Shown here piece after piece: positions 9,121 to 17,309 of a stretch of 64,000 nt of DNA. The position numbers and the translations under genes are program-made. This stretch comes from a bacterium (GTDB lineage Bacteria > Patescibacteriota > Microgenomatia > JAMCZE01). Where the stretch lies: positions 223,765 to 287,764 of the forward strand of contig JAKBJL010000001.1 in assembly GCA_021836035.1 (NCBI GenBank), written 5' to 3'. The notes beneath the pieces are model-generated. The model was given only the letters and a program-made list of their open reading frames with translations, was not told the DNA's origin and ran no database searches. The stretch's first letter is position 1; every line of letters begins with the position of its first letter.

Positions 9121-9619
9121 GGGGGTTCCCTGTCTGGTATACTCATATGTGTATGCCGGAGAAAAGAACATACGCTGATCGAGCAGAATACCTTAAGAAA
9201 GCAGCCACTGCCAGAAGGCGAAAGCTGAAACAGATGGTTGCAGAATATAAGGGCGGTAAATGTGGGCTCTGTGGTTATCGTCGATGTATTTGGGCATTAG
9301 ATTTGCACCACATCGACGAAAGTATGAAGGAATTCAGTATGTCTGTCAGAGGCCTAACAAGATCTTGGGAAAAGATTAAAGCCGAAGCAGATAAATGCAT
9401 TCTTATTTGTGCAAATTGCCACAGAGAAATTCACGCCGGCGTAACGCAGCTTCCCGTTGAAAAGCGGGAATGAAAATCAGGCTAATTCGGGGAAGACCCG
9501 GCTTTGCGGGTTAATCCCGAGCTAAATAAAATGTGTAGAGACTATATACCTGAGACCTAAACCTTAAAATGGCATGGTCAAGAGATAGTCCAAGCCTTTA
9601 AGTAATTAAAGGGCACTTG
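9121..9619 (+). ncRNA. Group I self-splicing intron (IC3/tRNA-type) inserted after anticodon position 35
   Basis: The 5' exon ends in U and pairs (GCUGU/GCAGC, U-G) with the IGS at 9446-9450. P2 has a GAAA loop (9451-9470); P3 TCAGG/CCTGA; P/Q AATTCGGGGA..AATCCCGAG; R GTAGAGACTATA; S AGATAGTCCA (P7); P9 has a GTAA loop; terminal G at 9619. Confidence 0.92.
9147..9473 (+). CDS. Intron-encoded HNH (homing) endonuclease
   Basis: CGLCG...LDLHH...CILICANCHREIH Zn/HNH motifs; lies within intron loop L1. Confidence 0.85.
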   Translation: MCMPEKRTYADRAEYLKKAATARRRKLKQMVAEYKGGKCGLCGYRRCIWALDLHHIDESMKEFSMSVRGLTRSWEKIKAEADKCILICANCHREIHAGVTQLPVEKRE

Positions 9620-9645
9620 TAACGAGGATGTCGTAGGTTCGAGTC

Positions 9646-11337
9646 CTACCGGGGGAGCACTAGTGGATTTGACGCCCATTCGTCCTCTAATTGGGCAGTC
9701 AATAAGCCCTGATTATCGGTTCCGAACATTGCCGAAGTTGATGGCACCTCTTCAACGACAGGTTTTAGAAAGCAATAGGGTTTTTGCAGATTGAGACGCA
9801 ACGTTTTGTCAGTAATAGTAAAGTCCGAACCTAAAATAATTAACATCTCCCGTTTCTGCATAAGGGTAGCGTTTGCGAACTTATAACGGCAGTGGACGGC
9901 AAAATCAAAAGCCTTTTCTGCATCATTCATCCATTCATCAACTTTTTTGCCTGCGTTTCCCATCCTTTGCTCAAGAGAAATTTTTTCGGCCATAAGCGTG
10001 TCTTTTTGTGATTTAAAATCAGTGTCCGAAAGTAACGAGCCGTCCGAATTTGCCGGGGAGATTTTTAGCTGAAGCAAGTTATCCAACTTTTTAAGACAAC
10101 CATTGTAAGCCTCTTGGATTGCCCCTATGGAAGCGTTGCGAACTTCAACCTCTTGATCGTTAAGTTTGTTTAAGTGCTTTATAGCCCAATCTTTGAAACG
10201 CTCGCTTATGCCCACCTGCGACATTAAAGCGTCGATCTGTTTTTCCAGATTTCCTACTTCTACTGACCCCTGAGTGCAATTGGGGTTTTTCCGTTTCGTG
10301 CAGTGGTAGTGCACATAATGCCGGATAAGAGGGTTATCCATTTCGCTTATTTTGGTATGGCATTGCTGACAGGTGTTATTATTGGTGCAGGTGAATTTAT
10401 AATTGCATTTAGAGCAAACGCATTGCCATCGTTCTTCCGCCGTCACCATCGCTCCACATTCGCCGCATTTCATTAATCCCGTAAAGGCAAACTCTCTGAA
10501 ATGAGGACTTGGCGATCCTTTTCTTCCCAAAATAATTTGTACCTTGTTAAATTGTTCTTTTGTAACCATAGGTTCATGCTGCCCCTGAAACCACTTGCCA
10601 CTACCGACCGGAAACTCGAATAAGCCGTAGTAAAACGGGTCTCGTAACATCCGGTAAATTTGGCTTCGTGCCATTGGTTTCCCACCGATAGATTTTCGTG
10701 TTGGTGAAGTGTAGCCCCATTCATTATTTAACATGTCTAAAATTTTGGGGGGCGTATATGCTCCGGTAAGCATTAATTCCCAGCATTGTTTTATAAGAGG
10801 GAATCTTACCGGATCGTTCATGATTTTCTTGCTGCCCTTTTCGGCGTACTTGTCGTTCATATATCCCGGCTTTGCTCCGGAGGGGAGATATCCTTTCTCG
10901 GCTTTCGTTTTAAGGCCCTCTTTGACGTTTTCTCCTTTGTGGTCGTTTTCAAATTTGGCTTGCATCATAAAGAAGCCAAGCATAAATTTATCCATTGGGT
11001 TATTTCTGAATGTTTGAGACGGGGTACAAACTTCAACCAGGTCGCCGCTATCCATCAAAGAAATAATTGTGGCCGCATCTTGGGGATTCCTTGAAAGACG
11101 GTCGGGGTGCCAAACCAAAATCCTGTCGATTTTGCCCTCTTTAATCATTGATACCAGTCTTCCAAATTCGGGCCTTCCCAAGTCTTTGGCTGATTTTGCT
11201 TCACTAAAGATATTGGTGATCTTGAAGCCTAGCTTCAGGGCAACAGCTTCCAGTTCCCTAGTTTGGGATTCTATAGAAAGCATCTGCCGATCTTCTGATT
11301 CGGAAGACTTTCTGCAATATGTTGCGTAGTTACTCAT
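9646..11337 (-). CDS. Large serine recombinase (resolvase + recombinase + Zn-ribbon + coiled coil)
   Basis: YCRKSSE catalytic Ser, RPEF, DRLSRN, GY, FYYG, HEPMVT, CGECG..HYHC...C. The stop codon lies inside the tRNA T-arm on the opposite strand. Confidence 0.95.
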   Translation of the reverse strand: MSNYATYCRKSSESEDRQMLSIESQTRELEAVALKLGFKITNIFSEAKSAKDLGRPEFGRLVSMIKEGKIDRILVWHPDRLSRNPQDAATIISLMDSGDLVEVCTPSQTFRNNPMDKFMLGFFMMQAKFENDHKGENVKEGLKTKAEKGYLPSGAKPGYMNDKYAEKGSKKIMNDPVRFPLIKQCWELMLTGAYTPPKILDMLNNEWGYTSPTRKSIGGKPMARSQIYRMLRDPFYYGLFEFPVGSGKWFQGQHEPMVTKEQFNKVQIILGRKGSPSPHFREFAFTGLMKCGECGAMVTAEERWQCVCSKCNYKFTCTNNNTCQQCHTKISEMDNPLIRHYVHYHCTKRKNPNCTQGSVEVGNLEKQIDALMSQVGISERFKDWAIKHLNKLNDQEVEVRNASIGAIQEAYNGCLKKLDNLLQLKISPANSDGSLLSDTDFKSQKDTLMAEKISLEQRMGNAGKKVDEWMNDAEKAFDFAVHCRYKFANATLMQKREMLIILGSDFTITDKTLRLNLQKPYCFLKPVVEEVPSTSAMFGTDNQGLLTAQLEDEWASNPLVLPR

Positions 11338-11344
11338 AACATTA

Positions 11345-11428
11345 AGCGCCCCCGCCGGTTGTGCTCAGAACGGTCAGGTTCTGTCCGACGGAGGCGCTAA
11401 AAAACCCGACCTATTTATCTGAGCACAA
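11345..11428 (-). promoter_or_regulatory. Structured 5' leader (three interleaved helices, pseudoknot/switch) over the recombinase RBS
   Basis: Helices of 11, 9 and 14 bp; all three non-Watson-Crick pairs are G-U on the minus strand. The last strand ends 7 nt before the ATG. Confidence 0.7.
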
Positions 11429-11446
11429 TATTATTATTCGCTTATA

Positions 11447-11884
11447 TTAAAACTTTGTCAAATATCGGAAACCCTTGGACTTGTTTTGCTTTTTATACGA
11501 AAGTCGGTGGCAAAGTCGGCAAGCCATTATTTCGCTATTAGCGGGAATATATAAGAATCTAGCGCGACGGCCGCAGAGATTACAAAGAAACCAAAAGACA
11601 TATCCTTTTCCCAGATTCGACAGGCTGTAGGTAAGACCAACCTTGTTTTCAGCCGAAAGATCAACTTGTCCTTGTGCTTCCCGCCTAAGATTAATGGTAG
11701 TACCAAGCCTGACAAAATCCACCAACTGTTGTATATCCTTCTCGTTAGTCAAATTGAGGGTTGGCTTACCCTTTTCGGTCAAAAGTCGGTTAAATTTTCT
11801 TATATCCTCACTTACAACATTTGCCACATTTATTACCTGTGAGTTTTCAATTAGTGGCCGCTTACTCATATTAATCGGATACAT
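11447..11884 (-). CDS. Zn-finger hypothetical protein
   Basis: WFLCNLCGRRARFLY...ACRLCHRLSY (two CxxC pairs), a pattern common in mobile elements. Confidence 0.7.
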   Translation of the reverse strand: MYPINMSKRPLIENSQVINVANVVSEDIRKFNRLLTEKGKPTLNLTNEKDIQQLVDFVRLGTTINLRREAQGQVDLSAENKVGLTYSLSNLGKGYVFWFLCNLCGRRARFLYIPANSEIMACRLCHRLSYKKQNKSKGFRYLTKF

Positions 11885-11914
11885 ATAAAAAACCTAAATC
11901 ACTAACAAACATTA

Positions 11915-13300
11915 CTAATCATTAAGTTCCATCTGCTCCATGTGTGTTTCTTCTTCTTTAATATTTTCTGTTACCCCACCATCTAACTCACTATAGTTTT
12001 GTGGTGAAGATATAGTGAGTGGCACGGTGGGGTAAATAAGAATCTTTCGTTTATCCAGCTTGTCAGCTTCGGAATAGATTAAGCCTGCCGTTTCTAGCAT
12101 GGGAATTATCTGCTGACGTAGTTGCCAATCAGGGATAAAACGACCATAAACACGGTAGTGCTCCTGGGAAATTTCTTGTCGGGTCAATCCGGTTTTCTCT
12201 CCATCAGTCAACTCACTATTCTTTTTATTGTAGGCTGGGGTAATCACGTCATAGAAAAAATTAAACACATATGGTGGTAGGTTCAGCTCTTGGCTCTCGG
12301 CTATTTGATCCCAAACAGCAAACGCATCGTTAATGTCCGTTTCGTTGGCGACTATTCCTTGCTCTTCCCGGTCCCTGAACCACAAATTAAGTAGGGCAAA
12401 AATCTTAACAAGATTAATCACCCGGCTGATGTCCCTTTGGTGTCTGGGTTTAAGCATCTTTACCCTTTCCATGAATTTGCTGATTACCAAATTTTCAGCG
12501 GGGATACGCACGTTCTGAATCTTTTCCTGTCTGATGGCTCTAATCCTATCAATCAAAAGTTTTCGTTCTGGATTGTTAATCAAGGCAAGCCGGTACGCAT
12601 CAGGGTTAACCTCTTTTTTAATCTTTTCCAACACCGCCTGACGAATTTTTTCTTGGTTTATTTCTGGAGAAAGTAATAAAAATCTCGTCGCTTCTTGTTC
12701 GTCAATCCTCAATCCTGCGGTGCAAAACACTACAACCGGATAACCAATCAAGAGTATATTTTTTGTTCGCAAACCAGCCTTCTGCGATTTGTCAGTTATT
12801 TTAAGGTGAATTTCCTTTTTATCGTGGGAAAGAATAGGCCGTAAATGCTGAAGTAGTAAGTCATGGGGTTGATCCAGAAAGATAATTATTTTCCTGGAGA
12901 GATCGACAACATAGCCTTTTCTCTTTTCGTCAAAGACACCATAATCATGGAAGAAGGCGGTGGGGCTACAATAGCCGACTTCAATAATATCCTCTTGGGG
13001 AAACAGTTTGGCTACTTCGGTAGGGATGAATGATTTGCCGGTAGACGATGGGGCATTGAAACTGATGTTTAATTGGCTGTCACCAGTGTAGGCTGACAGT
13101 TCAGTTAAAAAAGTAAGGAGTTTATTGATCTCGTCTTTTTTGATGGTCTGGCCTAAGACAGAAACCAAATCGTCCACACAAAGGGGCTTAATATTGGAAA
13201 CGTCGACAAAGGTTGACTCTTCCACCATTTCTTTTTCCGGTTCGATTGTCAACGAATCGACTATTTCTTCTGCTTGTTTAACAATTGCCTCGTCGTTCAT
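11915..13300 (-). CDS. P-loop NTPase with C-terminal wHTH-like region (putative replication protein/helicase)
   Basis: Walker A APSSTGKS, Walker B IIIFLD, Arg finger ATRFL. Start MNDEAIV at 13300 overlaps the stop of the upstream ORF. Confidence 0.7.
   Translation of the reverse strand: MNDEAIVKQAEEIVDSLTIEPEKEMVEESTFVDVSNIKPLCVDDLVSVLGQTIKKDEINKLLTFLTELSAYTGDSQLNISFNAPSSTGKSFIPTEVAKLFPQEDIIEVGYCSPTAFFHDYGVFDEKRKGYVVDLSRKIIIFLDQPHDLLLQHLRPILSHDKKEIHLKITDKSQKAGLRTKNILLIGYPVVVFCTAGLRIDEQEATRFLLLSPEINQEKIRQAVLEKIKKEVNPDAYRLALINNPERKLLIDRIRAIRQEKIQNVRIPAENLVISKFMERVKMLKPRHQRDISRVINLVKIFALLNLWFRDREEQGIVANETDINDAFAVWDQIAESQELNLPPYVFNFFYDVITPAYNKKNSELTDGEKTGLTRQEISQEHYRVYGRFIPDWQLRQQIIPMLETAGLIYSEADKLDKRKILIYPTVPLTISSPQNYSELDGGVTENIKEEETHMEQMELND
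11971..12035. repeat. Bipartite inverted repeat TTACCCCACC-N5-ACTCACTATA (candidate replication origin)
   Basis: Perfect 10+10-bp arms at 11971-11980/11986-11995 and 12011-12020/12026-12035. Confidence 0.65.
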
Positions 13301-13914
13301 AGTAAATATTTCATTGCTTCGGTAAAACTTAACTCTTTTGTCTTTTCTATAAAATTGATCGAGTCTCCGTGTGCTCCACACCCAAAACAATGATAAGTGT
13401 TTGTATCTTCGTATATAACAAACGATGGCGTCTTTTCCTCGTGCAGTGGGCAAAGCCCTGTTAGTCTTCGGCCAATTCGTCTCAATTTGCCTTCATAAAG
13501 CCTTTCTAGGGGCACTTGGCGAGCTTGTTGAACCTCAAAATAGCCAAAACGATTTAATTTATTCGAAAGTTGACGCGGTAGTGGTTTCTCGCTAACTTTT
13601 CGCCAAATTTCAGTCCAATAACGCAACCATTTTCTAATCATTAGATACTCTTCCGCATGGTAGGTTGGAAGAATTTTTAATACACTTCTCTCAACCGATT
13701 CTCTGGCAGAATTTTCGACGGCGATGGCCATTTGCTCTTGAATCAATTTCTTTGTCTCGTTGGCTAGTTCAAGCAGCTCCTTTATTTTCTCTATACTGAC
13801 AATTTTTAAGCCGTCCTCAAATCCCGTAATGTCCGGTAAAGTTGACGGTGGATAAACAAAATGCCGTAACTGTTTGCCTAGTTTAATATGGTCAAATTTA
13901 TTTTGATTTTGCAT
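13297..13914 (-). CDS. CHC2 zinc-finger (primase ZBD) protein lacking a TOPRIM domain
   Basis: LTGLCPLHEEKTPSF...YHCFGCGAHGDSINF at the C-terminus. Confidence 0.85.
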   Translation of the reverse strand: MQNQNKFDHIKLGKQLRHFVYPPSTLPDITGFEDGLKIVSIEKIKELLELANETKKLIQEQMAIAVENSARESVERSVLKILPTYHAEEYLMIRKWLRYWTEIWRKVSEKPLPRQLSNKLNRFGYFEVQQARQVPLERLYEGKLRRIGRRLTGLCPLHEEKTPSFVIYEDTNTYHCFGCGAHGDSINFIEKTKELSFTEAMKYLL

Positions 13915-14098
13915 ATTTTTTGTCTAGTTCTTTTTGCCAATTCTTGGGAATTGGCTGGTAAATTAACTTAAACAGTCGTAAAAGTGCGTTCGCCTTTTCA
14001 TAAGCCTCGCTGTCCGACAGGTTTTCATTGAACTGCGCTTTATAAATGTCTTTGAACTCGTTGACGGTGCTATGGCTTAACATATTAGGTTCCGCCAT
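13898..14098 (-). CDS. Small hypothetical protein of CPR mobile elements
   Basis: MLS..TVNEFKDIYK.QF.E.LSDSEAYE.A..LLRL..LIY.P; overlaps both neighbours (translational coupling). Confidence 0.65.
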   Translation of the reverse strand: MAEPNMLSHSTVNEFKDIYKAQFNENLSDSEAYEKANALLRLFKLIYQPIPKNWQKELDKKYAKSK

Positions 14099-14330
14099 GT
14101 AGCCTCGTCCGAAGTTCGTTTATCGCCTCTATCAAATCACGGCTAGCTATGCGGTTTGAACGATTCCAGTGGCTTGAAATTATCTCTGGGGCAAGGTTTT
14201 TGGGATCATCGAAGACAAAATGAACAAATTTTCCTGTGCCTGGTTCCAGGCGTATAAGTTTTAGCCCCGAAGCGAGCAAACAGGCACTTATATAGAAGTC
14301 TTTGGACTTGTAAACTGTTACATTTTCCAT
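14085..14330 (-). CDS. DUF5659-like small protein
   Basis: YKSKDFYISACLLASG.KL..L......VHFVF pattern. Confidence 0.7.
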   Translation of the reverse strand: MENVTVYKSKDFYISACLLASGLKLIRLEPGTGKFVHFVFDDPKNLAPEIISSHWNRSNRIASRDLIEAINELRTRLHGGT

Positions 14331-14375
14331 AATGCGACTTTAGAAGGCACGCAGGGGGGTTATCAATAGTAGTAG

Positions 14376-14431
14376 TGGGGAGATGTTAGCTAGAACTTGG
14401 GGAGTTGGAAGGTAGGATTTGGGGAGATGTT
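14376..14431. repeat. Three direct repeats TGGGGAG(A/T)TG phased at exactly 22 bp
   Basis: Copies start at 14376, 14398 and 14420. Confidence 0.7.
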
Positions 14432-15243
14432 GGCTTCAGGATTGCAGAATTATTTACAAAAATCCCAAAACCTTTTTTCTGAATAGGGATCAACGCTACT
14501 CCTAACACTGGATGCTTTTCAATTTCTCTCTGGATTTGCTTATAGGTATCCTCCAACCTGTCACTAACTTTAGTTAGTCTATTTCTATTTTTTTGCTGTT
14601 CATAAGTTGTCACACTAGAGTCTTCCCTTAATTCATAAAATTGTTCTTTTGGCACGATGGAATTTATGTTTTTTATCATCAAATCGACGGTTTTTCTTTT
14701 CACTTCTCCTTCAAACTTGAGGTTTTGACCTAGAAAATAAAGATCACCGGTCTGTAATACAAATTGAGGTGAAGTGTTACTGTACCAACGTGTAAATTCG
14801 ACTAATTTCTGTTTATTAATTAGAACAGAATATTGCCCCGCCTCAACTGGCCCCCAATTTTCTCTACTATTTCGCCATTCGTAATAAAAATGCGCGACTG
14901 TCTGATCGTTTGGCAACTTTAAGAAGTTTAAATACCCTTTGTCCCTGGCGATCGTAGTCAGGAAATCTTTTCCGTTTGCACTATAACTTCCAGATATGGC
15001 GTTACCCCATCTTGTAAACCAACGATTAGGCATCAATGCTTCTATCACGCCTTGTGCTAAGAGCTCTTGAGGCACGCGGTCATAACTATAACCGTAAGAG
15101 GTTGGGATTTCTTTTATAGAGGGGTAAGTGAATGTTCTATTGGCCGTTTTTGCAATGTTAACAACTGACCAATATTCGGCTGGTGGGAGCGCATCGTAAA
15201 TATACGAACAAAGAGTCACGCAATCGTTGATTAAACCATTCAT
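14386..15243 (-). CDS. Hypothetical protein with possible C-terminal winged-helix DNA-binding domain
   Basis: The C-terminus (DLMIKNINSIVPKEQFY...RLEDTYKQIQREI...IPIQKKGFGI) resembles OmpR-type wHTH spacing. Confidence 0.5.
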   Translation of the reverse strand: MNGLINDCVTLCSYIYDALPPAEYWSVVNIAKTANRTFTYPSIKEIPTSYGYSYDRVPQELLAQGVIEALMPNRWFTRWGNAISGSYSANGKDFLTTIARDKGYLNFLKLPNDQTVAHFYYEWRNSRENWGPVEAGQYSVLINKQKLVEFTRWYSNTSPQFVLQTGDLYFLGQNLKFEGEVKRKTVDLMIKNINSIVPKEQFYELREDSSVTTYEQQKNRNRLTKVSDRLEDTYKQIQREIEKHPVLGVALIPIQKKGFGIFVNNSAILKPTSPQILPSNSPSSS

Positions 15244-15276
15244 ATTACATTTTCATTTGTAGTAACGGGAAAAATC

Positions 15277-15840
15277 CTAGTTCCCAGTTTGCACAACCTG
15301 ATTCTGTCCAATTACAGCAGTTTGCGCATTTAAATTTAAACTTAGAGTTGGTTGTCGCATAGACTTCAAAGCAAAAAGGGAAGTTTGGAATTGTTTGTTG
15401 GCTCTTTCTAACTCCTTATTAAACATTTCTAATAATCTGATCCCAGAATCGCTGATGAAGCCTTTGGAAAGAACATTATTAATTTTTTGTTGGGTTTGGA
15501 GTACTAAAACAAAATTAAGCACGACTATTTCTGCGCGAGCATTCTCGCTGGGGGTTTGGCATTGGTATTCTGTGCGAAATTTCCGAAGCAAATCGACGGC
15601 AAATGTTTTATAACAATCTTCAACAGAAAAGGATAAAAGCGTTCCGTTATCAAACTCAAATAATGTCATTGCCTTAAAAGTGCTATCTTCGGGGCGTGCT
15701 TGATGTTCTCCACTGCAGTTTGAAAGCTCCTTGTCCGCTTGCCTCAAAACGCAGTCGGGGTCTATCGCTGTCTTACACGAAGCTAGAGATTTTCTGATCT
15801 CTTCAAGAGTTTTTACTGGTGCAACTGCCTTATCCTCCAT
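15277..15840 (-). CDS. Hypothetical helical protein
   Basis: 187-aa ORF ending LNLNAQTAVIGQNQ, a tail type seen in mobile-element proteins. Confidence 0.6.
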   Translation of the reverse strand: MEDKAVAPVKTLEEIRKSLASCKTAIDPDCVLRQADKELSNCSGEHQARPEDSTFKAMTLFEFDNGTLLSFSVEDCYKTFAVDLLRKFRTEYQCQTPSENARAEIVVLNFVLVLQTQQKINNVLSKGFISDSGIRLLEMFNKELERANKQFQTSLFALKSMRQPTLSLNLNAQTAVIGQNQVVQTGN

Positions 15841-15871
15841 AGCCGCATTTTACTACGATTTCCCCCCTTCG

Positions 15872-16093
15872 CTAGAGGCCCATAAACAACTCCGAGAGGC
15901 TAATCTTCATTTTTCTGCAAATGCTAATTAAACGACTCAAAGTAACATTTCTTTCCCCTCTTTCTATAAACCCCATATAACTTCTATCAACTCCCGCTTC
16001 AAAGGCTAGATCTTCTTGTGTCATGTCTCTCTCATCTCTGAGCTGTTTTATTCTTTGCCCCAATCTTTTGTGGGTGACCGAAATAGCTTCCAT
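15872..16093 (-). CDS. XRE-family HTH regulator (R-M controller C-protein-like)
   Basis: LGQRIKQLR...MTQEDLAFEAGVDRSYMGFIERGERNVTL; divergent from the MTase. Confidence 0.9.
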   Translation of the reverse strand: MEAISVTHKRLGQRIKQLRDERDMTQEDLAFEAGVDRSYMGFIERGERNVTLSRLISICRKMKISLSELFMGL

Positions 16094-16198
16094 AACACCC
16101 ACAACTTATTCCAAAAGGGACTACTAGACCAGCTCCTGTATGTAGCATTATGGCCAGTACTCGTGCTATATTGGGACAAGTAGTAGTCAGTATAAAAT

Positions 16199-17308
16199 AT
16201 GGCAAATAGTAATCTTGCCAACGCAAAAAGGACAAAAAACGACGAGTTTTATACCCAGTACAGTGATATTCAAAAAGAGATTGAAGCGTATCTGGACCGA
16301 AACCCTGATGTGTTCCGAAGTAAGGTGGTATATTGCAACTGCGACGACCCGTTTGAAAGTAACTTCTTTCGTTACTTCGTGCTTAATTTCAAAAAACTTG
16401 GGCTGAAACAACTAATCACTACTAGCTATAAACCTTCACCTATAGCTAATACACAGCTGCAGTTATTTGGTGACGATAAAACACTCACTAAATCAAAAGG
16501 TCGTCCCAAAATAAACGCCAATAAATTCATTATTAACGAAGTGCATGATATTGACGGTAACGGCGAATTTAATTTGAAGGATATTGCCAAACAGTTAAGG
16601 GCAAACAAACACAATGAATGGACTCCACTAGAAGGTGATGGCGATTTTCGTAGCGATGAGTCTATAAATCTGCTGAAACAATCTGACATCGTGGTAACTA
16701 ATCCGCCGTTCAGTCTGTTTCGTGAGTATATAAAACAACTTGTTGATTTTAATAAAAAGTTTTTGATCATAGGCAACATGAACGCGATTACCTATATAGA
16801 GGTATTTCCATTACTTAAAGAGAATATGGTTTGGTTAGGTAATAATTACAAGGTCAATGCTGGGGCAATGTTTTTTGAGATACCAGAAAAGATTGCTAAT
16901 TTAGAGCAAGTTCGTGAAATTAAGACAAGCGAAAGTGGTAAGAAAGTTTATATTACACGCGTGCAAGGCATTCGTTGGTTCACTAATCTTGACCATGGCC
17001 GTCGTCACCAGCCACTACAACTAATGACGGAGGCAGAAATAATAAAGTTTTCAACGAAAAAACCGTTTGAGAAATATGATAACTATGATGCGATTGAGAT
17101 CTCGTTAGTTAAAAACATTCCAAGCGACTATAAAGGGGTAATGGGCGTACCGGTTAGTTTTTTAGACAGTTATAATCCTGATCAATTTGAAATTTTAGGG
17201 TCGAATCGTGGTGTTGATCAAGATCCAAATAAAATTTACGGCAGAGGGTCATACCTGAATGGAAAAGAAATTTATAAGAGATTATTTATAAGACATAGGA
17301 AAAAATAA
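16199..17308 (+). CDS. Adenine-specific DNA methyltransferase, EcoRI-methylase-like family
   Basis: [43 protein letters not shown]. Confidence 0.9.
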   Translation: MANSNLANAKRTKNDEFYTQYSDIQKEIEAYLDRNPDVFRSKVVYCNCDDPFESNFFRYFVLNFKKLGLKQLITTSYKPSPIANTQLQLFGDDKTLTKSKGRPKINANKFIINEVHDIDGNGEFNLKDIAKQLRANKHNEWTPLEGDGDFRSDESINLLKQSDIVVTNPPFSLFREYIKQLVDFNKKFLIIGNMNAITYIEVFPLLKENMVWLGNNYKVNAGAMFFEIPEKIANLEQVREIKTSESGKKVYITRVQGIRWFTNLDHGRRHQPLQLMTEAEIIKFSTKKPFEKYDNYDAIEISLVKNIPSDYKGVMGVPVSFLDSYNPDQFEILGSNRGVDQDPNKIYGRGSYLNGKEIYKRLFIRHRKK

Positions 17309-17309
17309 T

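Larger units (their letters stand above)
9086..9657 (+). tRNA. tRNA-Asn(GTT), intron-containing (exons 9086-9120 and 9620-9657)
   Basis: The joined exons fold as a cloverleaf: acceptor TCCCCTG/CGGGGGA, D-arm GCTC/GAGC, anticodon stem CCTCG/CGAGG with loop CTGT|TAA, T-arm GTAGG-TTCGAGT-CCTAC, discriminator G. Confidence 0.95.

Noticed and set aside
11986-11996. T7 promoter-like ACTCACTATAG
   Set aside because: The upstream TAATACG specificity region is absent and there is no phage RNAP; it is better explained as an arm of the inverted repeat.
13301-13453. Longer 512-aa start for the ATPase, or a frameshift fusion with the ZBD ORF
   Set aside because: The extension overlaps the ZBD coding region out of frame. 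ATG 13300 overlapping the upstream stop suggests normal coupling, although fusion in relatives is not excluded.
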